This document shows, one piece after another, positions 30,058 to 41,089 of a stretch of DNA of 64,000 nucleotides. This DNA is from Candidatus Poribacteria bacterium (lineage in GTDB: Bacteria; Poribacteria; WGA-4E; PCPOR2b), in NCBI GenBank assembly GCA_965218095.1, contig OZ244587.1, positions 4,480,001-4,544,000 on the forward strand. The letters are read 5' to 3'. The notes under the pieces were generated by a model. It was given only the letters and a program-made list of their open reading frames with translations, did no database searches and had not been told where the DNA came from. The translations under genes and the position numbers were made by a program. Each line of letters opens with the position of its first letter. Position 1 is the stretch's first letter.

Positions 30058-33041
30058 TAACCTTTCACTACGCCGATTGGCCTGAGTCGCGCCACACGCC
30101 GTGAAAGCCCTGCCGCATCAACAACCTTGACGACTTCATCCACATCTTTGTAGGCTTCAGAGACTTCCTCGTGAAGTGTGCGCCTTCCTTCGGCTCGGAC
30201 AAAGATACCCAGTTTCTCAAGGTCCTGCACGATGCTACGTCCCTTCGTGACTTGCATCGCTTTCCGACGCGAGAGCATTCTGCCTGCACCATGGCATGTT
30301 GTTCCCCATGTCTGCTCCATCGCTGACGGGTTTCCGACCAGTACATAAGAGGCTGTCCCCATATCGCCGGGAATCAGGACAGGTTGCCCAACCTTCTGAT
30401 ACTTGTCGGGAATCTCTGGGTGCCCTGCCGGAAACGCTCGCGTTGCGCCTTTGCGATGCACGAACAGTTCACGTTCAACACCATCGACGCGGTGATTTTC
30501 AAACTTACCGATATTATGCGCGACATCGTAGACCAACTCTAAGCCAAGTTCATCTACCCCGGTCTCGAAGAAATCCATGAACGTCTGACGCACCCAGTGC
30601 ATGATACACTGGCGATTATTCCACGCGTAGTTTGCGCCACACGCCATCGCCGTGATATAGTCCTGTCCTTCTTTTGAATTAATCGGGGCAGAAGCGAGTT
30701 GGCGGTCGGGGAGATCAATTCCATACTTCTTCGCAACCTCGACCCATGTTTTGACGTGCTCGTCGCACACCTGATAGCCGAAGCCACGTGAACCGCTATG
30801 GATCATCACGCAAATCTGTCCCTCTGTCAGCCCCATCACTTCAGCGGCTTCCCGGTACATCACTCGATCTACGACCTGGACTTCTAAGAAGTGATTTCCA
30901 GAACCAAGCGTTCCAAGCTGATTTTTTCCGCGTTCGAGGGCGCGTTTGCTGACGGCATCTGCATTGGCGAGCGACAAAAAACCGTTTGCCTCCGTAAATT
31001 GAAGGTCTTCGAGAAAGCCGTACTCGCGCTCGACCGCCCAGCGCGCTCCCTGCTCAATCATGCGCTTTTCTTCTTGAGGATTCAGCCGAATCTTTCCACT
31101 GGATCCGACACCACAGGGAACGTTGTCAAAGAGCTTCCCCACGAAATCTTTGGTTTTGCCCTCTAGTTGCTGTACGTCTAAATTTGTGCGAATTAAACGG
31201 ACGCCGCAGTTAGAAACAACAAAACCGTTTGCAATAAAATTGTGATCTGGATGTTCAACCGTAAAATCGTAAACGTAATCATCAAACTCAAGTGGGGTAA
31301 TCAATTCAATGCGAGCCCAGACCATACCACTTTTGCCTAGGCGCTTAGTCGCTTCTTCCATGTACTCCTCGAAAGTTGGGAAAGCTTGGCTGATTCGTGG
31401 TTTCGTCTGTCGCCCTTCATAGACGGATCTTTCAACAAAATGCTCGTTAATATATTCAGACTCAATCTTGTTGGTAATTTCAGAGATCAACAGCCCATCT
31501 GCGTGCATTGCAACGGCAATTCTTGCACTGTTTTCTCGATCTTCAATCACTCGTTGTTTGAGCTTGAGATACTGTAGTGCAACATTTGCGAGTGTCTTAC
31601 GTTCTGCATTGTATTCAAACCCGATCTGTCCCCACAGCTTAATCAGGTTCTCATTCGCCCCTGAGATGACCAATCGCAATCGATAGGAAGCAGATCCATC
31701 AGCATTCGTTTGTTCTTTTCGCTGCCCGATCTTCTTAATCTGTACACTGAAATCTGCTAAAAGATCACCGATGTCTCGCAGGAAAGAGACACCACTATCG
31801 ACATAACCTTCCCTTTTGTTCATCGACATCTTAGGAGCGGCGATAGTGTAAGGGTGTCCTGTCATTGTGCCTGGGGATTCCAATTCAGCCCCGAATAACG
31901 CAGCTAGAAACAGGCGTTTCTGCCACAACGGTGCTTGCTTAATCCACTGTGTCACACGATAGTCCTGAGAGGCTTTCTTGCCGTGAGGTGCACCAAGCGC
32001 AATGAGTAACGTTGCGAATACGGTGCTACTCACATTGAAGCTGATCTCTTCGCGGGAAAATTGATATGTATCGTAAGTTGTTGTAACCTGATGTACTCGC
32101 TCGCGGCGGTGCAATTTTGATGGCGTAAACCCAAGGTGCAAAATATCTTCTCTGATCTGCTCAAGATCTTCTGCTTTGCCGTAGAAGGAAATTCGACTTT
32201 TTCCATCACCTTTAACGTAGTAGATATTGCCATCTCCCATCACGTACCCCAAGACTTTTAGCAGATATGGCAAGGCGGGTGAGTCGTATCTCAGCGGCAA
32301 CAGATTGCGCTGCTTGAGATGCTTGATGACCTGTTCTCGTCGATTGCCGGATTGACTATCACTGAGTTGATCGAGCCAGCTTTCAATCTGTGCCTGGTCA
32401 ACGATAATCTCATCTGATGGTTCTTCATAAGGCACACCTTGAAATGGTGATAACGCGACCTTATCGCCAATCTTGAACTTTAGCAGTTCGACCATCCCCT
32501 TTGGCGTCCAGAAGGGGTGATCGGCCGTCGCCTTGATGGTATCACCGCCCTCGGTTTTCAGGCAATATACCGGCTGGGTCGGACGGAGTTTCAGATAATG
32601 CCGCACAGAAGTTTGGGTTTCAAAGATATTTTGAAAATCCTGACAACGTAGCATAGCGGTTTCCCAATTTGAACCCATCTCTCCGATTCGTATGGTGTAA
32701 CCATGTTGATGAAGTATTTCCGCGTCAGCCGCCAAGCAGTTGAGATCATACCCAATTCCTCCGGGAGACACGACGCCATCTGCCTCCGGATCGGTTGCCG
32801 CGACCCCGCCAATCACGAAACCGTAGCCCCAATGCAGATCGGGCATTGCAAGTGAATACTTGATAATCCCAGGCAGATGTGCCACATTGGCAACCTGCTG
32901 CAACGCTTCCTCGCTCTTGGCTTGTTGAAGTAATTTTTCATTCGCGTAGACAATTCCATCAACGCGCATTCCCCTCATGTAGCTTTTGGGGATGCGCCAT
33001 CGGTACTCATCGATTTTTTCCAAGGGTATCTCTTTTGCCAT
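30057..33041 (-). CDS. rtcB: RNA ligase RtcB containing an intein
   Basis: MPDLHWGYGF, GYDLN/CGVR, LGTLGSGNHFLE, HSGSRG, HRKGATRA and HGAGR motifs. Confidence 0.95.
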   Translation of the reverse strand: MAKEIPLEKIDEYRWRIPKSYMRGMRVDGIVYANEKLLQQAKSEEALQQVANVAHLPGIIKYSLAMPDLHWGYGFVIGGVAATDPEADGVVSPGGIGYDLNCLAADAEILHQHGYTIRIGEMGSNWETAMLRCQDFQNIFETQTSVRHYLKLRPTQPVYCLKTEGGDTIKATADHPFWTPKGMVELLKFKIGDKVALSPFQGVPYEEPSDEIIVDQAQIESWLDQLSDSQSGNRREQVIKHLKQRNLLPLRYDSPALPYLLKVLGYVMGDGNIYYVKGDGKSRISFYGKAEDLEQIREDILHLGFTPSKLHRRERVHQVTTTYDTYQFSREEISFNVSSTVFATLLIALGAPHGKKASQDYRVTQWIKQAPLWQKRLFLAALFGAELESPGTMTGHPYTIAAPKMSMNKREGYVDSGVSFLRDIGDLLADFSVQIKKIGQRKEQTNADGSASYRLRLVISGANENLIKLWGQIGFEYNAERKTLANVALQYLKLKQRVIEDRENSARIAVAMHADGLLISEITNKIESEYINEHFVERSVYEGRQTKPRISQAFPTFEEYMEEATKRLGKSGMVWARIELITPLEFDDYVYDFTVEHPDHNFIANGFVVSNCGVRLIRTNLDVQQLEGKTKDFVGKLFDNVPCGVGSSGKIRLNPQEEKRMIEQGARWAVEREYGFLEDLQFTEANGFLSLANADAVSKRALERGKNQLGTLGSGNHFLEVQVVDRVMYREAAEVMGLTEGQICVMIHSGSRGFGYQVCDEHVKTWVEVAKKYGIDLPDRQLASAPINSKEGQDYITAMACGANYAWNNRQCIMHWVRQTFMDFFETGVDELGLELVYDVAHNIGKFENHRVDGVERELFVHRKGATRAFPAGHPEIPDKYQKVGQPVLIPGDMGTASYVLVGNPSAMEQTWGTTCHGAGRMLSRRKAMQVTKGRSIVQDLEKLGIFVRAEGRRTLHEEVSEAYKDVDEVVKVVDAAGLSRRVARLRPIGVVKG
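31209..32738 (-). mobile_element. Intein (510 aa) with LAGLIDADG-type homing endonuclease
   Basis: Starts CLAAD; block B ATADHPF; LGYVMGDG and FLAALFGAE helices; ends VYDFTV..HNFIANGFVVSN before Cys+1. Confidence 0.92.
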
Positions 33042-33291
33042 GATTCTTCATCTCCAAATCTGAGTTTTCAGTTCGTAAAACTTGCAGTCTCGTTATGAAA
33101 TCCCATTTCCGTTAGTTCTCTTCGATTAATTGTGGAAAATTATACCATCAGCCCGCAGAGGTGTCAACGGACGCTTTAACTCATCATTGAATCTATGCGA
33201 AGTAAAGATAAACTTCGGTACTGTTTTCAACCGTCTAAACAAAGATAATGTTTCATGTTTCACGTTTAGCAAATGACTGAAAGGAAAACCG

Positions 33292-34272
33292 ATGAAAGGA
33301 ATTATCAGAACCGGTGACGGCGGTCCAGAGGTCTTGAAATTGGCGGATGTTCCTGCTCCCAACCCTGGGCGAACACAGTTGTTGATCAACGTAAAAGCAA
33401 CAGCCCTCAATCGGGCAGACACACTGCAACGGCAAGGACTATACCTGCCCCCACCCGGCGAATCGAAGATGCTCGGATTAGAACTTGCGGGGGTCGTTGA
33501 AGTAATGGGCGCCGAAGTGAGTGGCTTCCAGCGTGGCGATCGCGTGTTCGGGTTAGTCGGTGGCGGCGCCTACGCAGAACAGGCGGTTATCGACTATCGC
33601 ATGGCGATGCCGATTCCTGAAAACTGGAGCTTTGAGCAGGCTGCGGCGGTAACGGAGGTCTTCTTTACGGCAAATGAAACGCTCTTCACCATCGGTGGAT
33701 TGCGCGCCGGGGAAACGGCCCTCATTCATGCCGGCGGCAGTGGTGTGGGGACGGCCGGCACGCAGATGGCGTATCGAGCAGGCGTTCGCGTCTTTATCAC
33801 TGCTGGCTCGGTGGAGAAAATCCAGAAAAGCAAACAACTCGGTTGTACAGAAGGCATCAATTATAAGGAGCAAGATTTCGCAGTAGAAATCATACGACTG
33901 ACAAACGGGGAAGGTGTGGATCTGGTTCAAGATTTCATTGGCGCCCCCTACCTTGAACGCAATCTGTCGATTCTCAAGACGCGAGGGCGGTTGGTCATGG
34001 TTGGGCTGATGGGCGGCGGGGTCGGAGAGATCAATCTGGGGCTGATTATGCGGAAACGGTTACAGGTCTTCGGATCGGTGATGCGCCCACAGTCAATCAA
34101 AGAGAAAATTGGGATTACGCAGCGTTTTGTCAATCGGTGGCTGCCGCTACTCAAAGACGGAACGGCTCGACCGATTATCGATTGCGTGATGCCGTTATCC
34201 CAAGCCCGCGAGGCGCATGAATATATGGAGGCGAATCGGAATTTTGGGAAGATTATCCTGAAGGTGGGGTAG
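33292..34272 (+). CDS. NAD(P)H-quinone oxidoreductase, PIG3 family
   Basis: LNRADTLQRQG, LGLELAG, HAGGSGVG and GKIIL motifs. Confidence 0.9.
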   Translation: MKGIIRTGDGGPEVLKLADVPAPNPGRTQLLINVKATALNRADTLQRQGLYLPPPGESKMLGLELAGVVEVMGAEVSGFQRGDRVFGLVGGGAYAEQAVIDYRMAMPIPENWSFEQAAAVTEVFFTANETLFTIGGLRAGETALIHAGGSGVGTAGTQMAYRAGVRVFITAGSVEKIQKSKQLGCTEGINYKEQDFAVEIIRLTNGEGVDLVQDFIGAPYLERNLSILKTRGRLVMVGLMGGGVGEINLGLIMRKRLQVFGSVMRPQSIKEKIGITQRFVNRWLPLLKDGTARPIIDCVMPLSQAREAHEYMEANRNFGKIILKVG

Positions 34273-34394
34273 GTGGCGATTGATGTAGGTAAGCCCGCAA
34301 GGTATTAGGGGTAATACCAGTCATACCAAATGCACTTTAAAATGACAGTTTTCCAAAATCCTCATTATGCAAGATATACGGGCAGATTTTGGCG

Positions 34395-34580
34395 TTAGTC
34401 TATCTGAAAAGTGTCATTATGAACTGTAAACGGTATCAGACGGGTGATTTGCTTATGGGATAATCCTTGGCTCTTGAGCCAAAGCGCCTCCATTTTTCTC
34501 TGCGCCTTCGGATGAGGATGGTGATAACGTTGATAATCGAGTGCTTCGATATCTTCTGGAGTAAAGTCGATAACAATCAT
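34395..34580 (-). pseudogene. IS630-like transposase N-terminal remnant
   Basis: RYHHPHPKAQRKMEALWLKSQG HTH-start pattern; truncated. Confidence 0.6.
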
Positions 34581-35637
34581 ATGGTTTCCTCGTCAAAAGC
34601 CAAGAAGGTTATTTTAAATCCACAAAAGCAATTCTGTATTGGTCAACGGTGTTTTGCGTAGTGATGAAAAGTCGGAAACACAGATGCGGATTTGTAGTGT
34701 GAGGCTTGCTCCACAAAGGCAGCGGGGAATGAGTTGGGGCAAGCCCCAACCTATGGCTGCGACATATCATTGACTAATACACAATTCCCTCAAATTATAC
34801 TCGATTTCTGCTCCCCCCGTTGTTGGATAAGGGCGGTATAAATCTGGTTCATTTTTACCTCCGTAGTTATTGTTGGTCAGAACGTTTGCTGATTTTGTTC
34901 TTAATCTCTGTCAAGGTCTCACTGATTCTGAAGAGACCCTTAGCGAACTCCTATGAAAGTCGCACGAAGTATAGAGTGAGTAGCAGGTGCGCCCATGCGT
35001 ATCAAGATGCGATGTCGGCTAGATTCCGACTCGGTGAACTTACCGCCGCATACCTAACTCTAACTGCGCTGCTGGAAACGGCAGGGTTAGAAGCAAGAGG
35101 AAAGGGCAAATGACTCAAAGGGAATGTAGACCCTTCAGGCTGTCATGTCAGGTAAGAGCAATATGACGAAAGCGAAAGTTGAACTGATAGTTGAAGCCTC
35201 GTAAACTCTGAACAGGTTAATCTACAAGTGGAAGACTTTAGAGACCTTCCAATAATCAGCCTGTAGCTAATAAAGCGTGAGCCAAGATACTCTATTCTGC
35301 TATTAGAGTATTGAAGGGCAATATATTTATTCTTTATATTGTCTTGTAAGTCGGAAGGCTTCGGGGTAAAGTCAGCGTCTAAGTTGCTCATGAAACGCAC
35401 CTTGAGAGAGTGTGGGAGTCCCTAAACCGTCTGAAATGAGAGGTTTTCAGACGGCAAGGGAGAGGAGACTGTATAAGGTCTCAAATAGAGGGTGCATATC
35501 CTTCTTTTAATCTGGCAGACCAAATAACCCCATTATTCAACTTGCCACAAGAAAGGAGGTGCAAATTCCATCTCACCGAAAGGAGGAAGTGCCATGCAAT
35601 TTATTTGCATGTTATCGCCCGCAAAGGAGGTGATGCT

Positions 35638-35793
35638 ATGCAAACCTTCATAAGAGACGGTTGTTCTCTGATAGTACCTTACGAATACTATCAGGAATAT
35701 CTTGCCTATATCTGCTTTAAGCGTGCTATGGGTAGAAAGTACGATACTTTCGCTGAATACCTCGCCAAAAGGCAGAAAGGTGAGATAAGATAG
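35638..35793 (+). CDS. 51-aa hypothetical protein inside the intron relic
   Basis: AAGGAGGTGA RBS before ATG; followed by a long hairpin at 35806-35851. Confidence 0.5.
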   Translation: MQTFIRDGCSLIVPYEYYQEYLAYICFKRAMGRKYDTFAEYLAKRQKGEIR

Positions 35794-36131
35794 CCTTCTA
35801 TTCGATGCCATTTTACACTTGGCTCTATTTGGAAGTCAAGTGTAAAATGACATAGAGACTCAAGCACAGTCAGGTTTATCGCTACGAAATCAATGCAGAA
35901 CCCGATTTAGGGATACTGGCGAAAATCGTGCGTAAGCATGTCGTCCAGCCCCCAATGTTCGGACAGCAGAGATAGTAACAGCGGTTGCAAGTGAAGAAGG
36001 CAGAAACATAGTAAGTTGGGGTGGTCATTGGTAAGGCAACCTAAACCACAACCACCAGACCGACCTACTGCTTGCTGATAGTTACTCATCTTCCTCAAGA
36101 GCGTGAACACGCCCAACGAGGTCATGAATAA

Positions 36132-36248
36132 CTACAGCAAGACAATGTAGAGCGTAATTCTGCGTATGGGGTGTAGGTCAGTCAATTCCAGTAACCTATT
36201 AACCTCATCTATAGCAGTGAATACGTTTACAGGGGTTGAATCTGCCAT
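36132..36248 (-). CDS. 38-aa hypothetical protein (possibly frameshifted) inside the intron relic
   Basis: AAGGAGGTGA RBS then MADSTPVNVFTAIDEVNRLLELTDL... Confidence 0.35.
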   Translation of the reverse strand: MADSTPVNVFTAIDEVNRLLELTDLHPIRRITLYIVLL

Positions 36249-36406
36249 TATAATCACCTCCTTTGATAATGTTACGATTGTTTAAGGAGGCGGTTTCAAT
36301 AATCACTTATAAACTGGAAACCCGTGTGCGGTGAAAGTCGCACGCACGGTTTGGAAGGGGGGAAAGACTTGCGAAAGTCCTACCTATCCTTACAACCACC
36401 ATATAG

Positions 36407-37519
36407 ATGAGGGGTGTGCATAGTAGTTCATTGGAAAACAGCCGCCATATGAGAGATATTGCGAGCAGGTAACTTCCATATGGCATTGGCAATCATAGCC
36501 ACTTGCACTGATAACACCCCGATAGCTAAACAACAGCGTACATTGAAAAACCCCTTGACCGGTAACTGCTTCTGTTGAGGAGTGGTGCCTATCACTTTAG
36601 CAATCAAGTCAAACAACGGTTCAACCGAACTGCGACGTTTGCTTAAACAGAGACGCTGCTTGGGTTGGTTGATAAATCGATGATACGCCTTGGCAAACCG
36701 TCCCTTTGTCCATCTAAGTGCCGGGGTAATCAAAGCGACTTGTGCCTTCGCCCAACGACGGATACGGTCTGCTTGGGTATAGGCATCATCGGCAGTGAGT
36801 GTCTGCGGTGAAAGTTGTGTCAGAATCTCAGACGCTTTAGCATCTATCGCCCAACTTTCGGAGACCGACGCACGGTGCACAGTTATCAGTGTTGGGAACG
36901 CACCTTGTGTGCAGATAATGTGAAGTCCGTAGCCATAGACCCAGCCATGATAACCACTCTTGCTCCACGTGGCATCGGTGTCGAGGTTGCGTAGATGTTT
37001 AGGTACTTTTCCTGCTTTGCGGTCAGTTTGATGCCAGACGGGTCCTCGTGCCTTAAATAAACTTTTGTCGGCTACCAGATGAGCCAAGTTGAATTGTTGG
37101 GACAAGTCAGTGGCATACTGACCGATAAACAATACAAATACCTCTATCACTTCATATAATGCCTTATAGCGACGTGCAATCGTGGTTCGATGAGGGGGCT
37201 GTTGCCACCCCAGCATTTGTAACACTTCTGGGTGATTGATTAGCCACCGCCATTGCGTTTTGAAGCCATAGATGCCGTGAAACTGCATCAACATGAAGAA
37301 AATGATAAACGAGGTGGTTGAATATGTCAATGGTTTTGCGTGTGTGACACCTGGTTTGTCAATACGGTGTTGCATAAACTGCTCAAAGAGTTGCATAATA
37401 AGAGTGACATAATCAGCCAACATTGGTCTTTGTACCATATTGGGGCTCCTTTTGCTATGATAACAATAGGAAACCCTTTTGGCTTGATTATGTCAACTAT
37501 ATTTATGCACACCCCTCAT
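36407..37519 (-). mobile_element. IS element related to 8188..9296; transposase 36428..37438
   Basis: TIRs ATGAGGGGTGTGCATA and TATGCACACCCCTCAT; ATAG target duplication; GWVYGYGLH motif. Confidence 0.88.
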
Positions 37520-38594
37520 ATAGATAGTTTATGACGACAAAGCCATAAGTGAAAACACCTAATTTAGGGCGTAAGATCAGCTTCAGCCCCTCCCGACTTT
37601 CAAAGAGATCAAATGCCCGCTGCCATTCGGAGATCGGCATTTCGTGAGTGATCAACGTCTTTGTGGAAACCATCCCGTGTTCCATCAGCTTGAGCGCACG
37701 TTCCCATGCAGTTCGTTTCTGCGAGATGAAGCCCGTCACCTGAAGTTCCTTGAAGGCAATCCGTTCAAAGTCGATGTTGATCGGATTGCCAAATAAGCCC
37801 ATCTGCGTGTACTTTCCACGCTTGCGAACAAGTTCAAGCCCAAGCCGAGCCGCCGGCCCTGCCCCTGAGCACTCCAAGACGACATCAGCGCCATAGCCAT
37901 TGGTATGCGCCTTCATAGCTTCCACTGCATCCTCCTTCTCGACGTCGATTGTCAGAGCTGCGCCAAGTTCCTCCGCACGTTTGAGCCGATTTGCGTCCAC
38001 GGAGGTTCCACAGACAGCGACAATGCCACCCTCTGCTTTTGCCAGTTGCAAACTGAGCAGACCAATTGTTCCCGGCCCGGTGATCGCGACGAAGTCTCCG
38101 GCGGAGATCTTTGTCTGCTCAATAATGCCGTGAACACAGCAGGCAAGCGGCTCAGTGAGTGTTCCCAAAATGAAATCCACGTTCGGTGGGAGCTTGTGCA
38201 AACCGTGCTCGGGAGCGGTGCAATATTTCGCAAACGCGCCGTTATGCCAGTAGCCGAGGGCCTACCGCTGATCGCACAGGTTGTTAAATCCCGACCGGCA
38301 ATAGTCGCACTGTCCACACGTCCAAAAACCGGGTTCGACGGTCACGCGATCTCCGACTTTGACGCTCTTGACTTCAGTGCCGCACTTGGCGATCGTGCCG
38401 CTGAATTCGTGACCCATCACGACCAGCGGCCTCATCGGAAGGTTGATGTGGTCATGGTGGATATGCAGGTCGGACCCACAGATGCCTGCGCTATGAACCT
38501 CAACAAGCACCTCATTGGCGTTGGGCTTCCGAACCTCGACCTCGCGGAGTTCGGTGAATCCATCTCCATGTTGATATTTTACGACGCCTTTCAT
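37503..38594 (-). pseudogene. Zn-dependent dehydrogenase (sorbitol/threonine type), frameshifted near 38260
   Basis: GICGSD, GHE and CGQCDYC in one frame; EPLACC and GPGTIG downstream. Confidence 0.8.
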
Positions 38595-38684
38595 AAGAAC
38601 CTCTTCACTCATGAAATCCAAGCGCAAAAAGGAGAGCAGAACGTAACTCAGCCATTTTTTCTAAGGTATTAACTAATGGTGCTA

Positions 38685-39520
38685 GGTTCTGTTGACATTT
38701 CAAGGGAGCCATATAAGAGTGGCGACAAAGCTGAGAAATCCAAAATAACGGACAGCTAGCTTCTCAAACCGAGAGAAGATACGACGATACCATTTTATCT
38801 TGTTGATGAAACATTCAACCCGATGTCTCTCTTTGTATAAGCGTTTGTCATACGTTCTTTGGTCAACACGATGACTTTTGGGCGGTATCACCGCAATTGC
38901 TCCATTCGCCTCAATAACCGCGATAAAAGCGTCCGAATCGTACCCCTTGTCTCCAATCACATATTCACTGTTATATCCGATTATCAACCCTTCCGCCTCA
39001 GTTATGTCATGTCTCTGACCGGGTGTCAGATGAATTCTTAGGGGATTGCCTAGTCCGTCAACTGTAATGTGATTTTTTGTACTGAAACCGCCCCGAGACC
39101 GACCTAATGCTTGGTTTTCAGTGCCACCCTTTTTTTTAAGGCGCCAGCTTTTTAAGGCGCCCGCCGCAGACGGGTGAGCGCGGCAGATGGTACTATCCAC
39201 AATAAGCGACTCGATATCGGGGTCGGCGGCGAAGTGGGGGTGCATCTGTGTGAAGATACCTTTGTTGCACCATCGAGCAAACCGCTTGTAGCGGGTGTTC
39301 CATTTGCCATAGGTGTCTGGTAGAAGTCTCCATTGAGCGCCGCTACGAGTCACCCACAGAACCGCTTCGACGAAGCGGCGTGTAGCAGCTTCGTCGCCAA
39401 CATAGATGGTGGGACAGCTTAGAAGAAACCGGTATATCTTATTCCATTGTTCATCAGGTAAGGTTATTGGCGTCATTCTTCTATTATGCCACAACCTTAT
39501 ACTCAAATGTCAACAGAACC
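38685..39520 (-). mobile_element. IS5-family element, copy 3; fused transposase 38700..39506
   Basis: Near-identical to copy 1, including the 16-nt duplication. Confidence 0.93.
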
Positions 39521-40174
39521 TAATAGCCAGTTCGCAGACCCGCTGATTGCCCCGGTTATCTAGTTTGACCCGTCGATTGGACTTCAATTGGGTGAGCCAA
39601 TGCCATCGATAGTTCCGAATCGTCAAAAGATTCTTCAAACTGTTGTACCAACTGTCAAAGACCACACACTCCGGAGAAAAGCCTCTCGCATGAGCATTGG
39701 AGATTAGAGCTTGAAAGTGATTATTTTTGGTCAAGCTATCATTGCGTTTATTATAGAGGCGGTAATCGCAGGGAATGTGACTGTCGCCATCAGTCCACAT
39801 CAGAGTAATGAGGTTAATCCCTGAGACCACTTTTTTGTGTTTGCCTGGCCAATGGCGGGTCACCCGCTCTATTTTTTGTGCATAGGGTTTGTCAAGGGTT
39901 GAGTCGTCTATGACCAAAATCCCCCGGTCTTGGGTGACATAAGCCTGTGACTCTTGCCATAATTGTTGTGGATTGGGTGTAAGCCGATAGAGGAATCGAT
40001 TCAGCGAGTCATGCGCTGCCGGGGTGTTCTGTTGAGGTTGGACTCTGGCAGCCTCGGTACAACTGTAGTATCTGGGAGTCGCAATTAGAAAGTTGATATA
40101 GTCATATTCATTGCATTGGGGTCGATTCATAGCCTTTATTATAATCTATTTTCTGTCCAAGTGCGTAACCCCTA
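39521..40174 (-). mobile_element. Truncated IS701-family copy
   Basis: Near-identical to the first 650 bp of 9825..10864; cut at the IS5 junction. Confidence 0.88.
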
Positions 40175-40294
40175 CTCTAAATCAGAATAATTCATAGATT
40201 GGAACTCTTAGCATTGAACCGATTGATTCAGATTGGGGATGTCGATTCTCTCTTTAGTGCATTTGTTCTCCAAATGATTTCCAAGTCCGGTGTG
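40174..40294. repeat. 121-bp direct repeat, copy 1
   Basis: Matches 44654..44774 with 4 mismatches by eye. Confidence 0.9.
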
Positions 40295-41078
40295 CATTCA
40301 TAGTCCTTAAATAAACCTGAAATATCATCTGCTTTTCTTTTTTCAGCCAGCCTTTCTCGTATAATTTCGACATTGACCTTATCGAGTTCAATGCCAATCG
40401 GTTTCCGCCCCAACTGCTCCGCAACGACCAATGTTGTCCCCGAACCTGCAAATGGATCCAACACGACATCGCCGGGCTTTGTCGAAGAAAGGATTATCCG
40501 AAGAAGCAGTTGAATCGGTGCCTGCTGCTTATGCAAGCGATTTCCCTCCACATCCCGCAAGGCTTCATCTCCAGCAAAATAGCCCGATGTCAACTCACGA
40601 ATATCGTCCCACACGTCGGTGAGATATATCCCATTTTCCCGTTCATATTTGTAGCCCGCAGGGAGCGGCGGATTGATTCGTAAGCGGTGAAAGACCCGTG
40701 GACGTTTCCTCTTCGTTGCAAACACAATGATCTGATAGTGTTTACCAAAACGCTTCATTCCGGGGACAGCAGACGTTTTCTTTTTCCAAATAATCAGGTT
40801 TTGAAATGTCCACCCAGATTCACGCAGACACCGCAGCACAGACTCAGTTTTCTTTTCGCGTTGCATAAAATAGATGAAGCGGTCCGGTGATAAACCTTTG
40901 TGCACACCTCACCCATCCACTTCCAATACTGTGCTTCAGGCAAGTTATCATCCCATTCGTTATAACCCTTGTCTTGATTGAAGGGCGGATCAAGAAAGGT
41001 AAGATCAACATGCCCAAAAGCGGTGTTCTGTTGGTCTAACAGCGAGGCACAATCTCCATGTAGCACAGTTGCTTTCAT
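40228..41078 (-). pseudogene. Beta-class DNA methyltransferase, frameshifted near 40880
   Basis: DPPFN in the 5' ORF; VLDPFAGSGTT in the 3' ORF. Confidence 0.85.
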
Positions 41079-41089
41079 GTTATACTCTG

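Larger units (their letters stand above)
34886..36393 (+). mobile_element. Group II intron relic with no RT ORF; 5' boundary uncertain (34886 or 34987)
   Basis: Domain V/VI at 36316-36393 (GGAAACCCGTGTGCGGTGAAAGTCGCACGCACGGTTT...CTACCTATCCTTAC); domain-I-like stems at about 34890-35480. Confidence 0.7.

Noticed and set aside
34987-34994. GTGCGCCC as the definite intron 5' end
   Set aside because: Domain-I-like stems continue about 100 nt upstream, so the boundary cannot be fixed by eye
35490-36300. Retron or DGR interpretation of the intron interior
   Set aside because: No reverse transcriptase and no TR/VR repeat pair in the window
37905-38672. Long antisense ORFs (also 12930..13610, 47924..48571 and 7318..7929)
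   Set aside because: Opposite-strand shadows of well-supported genes, with no motifs
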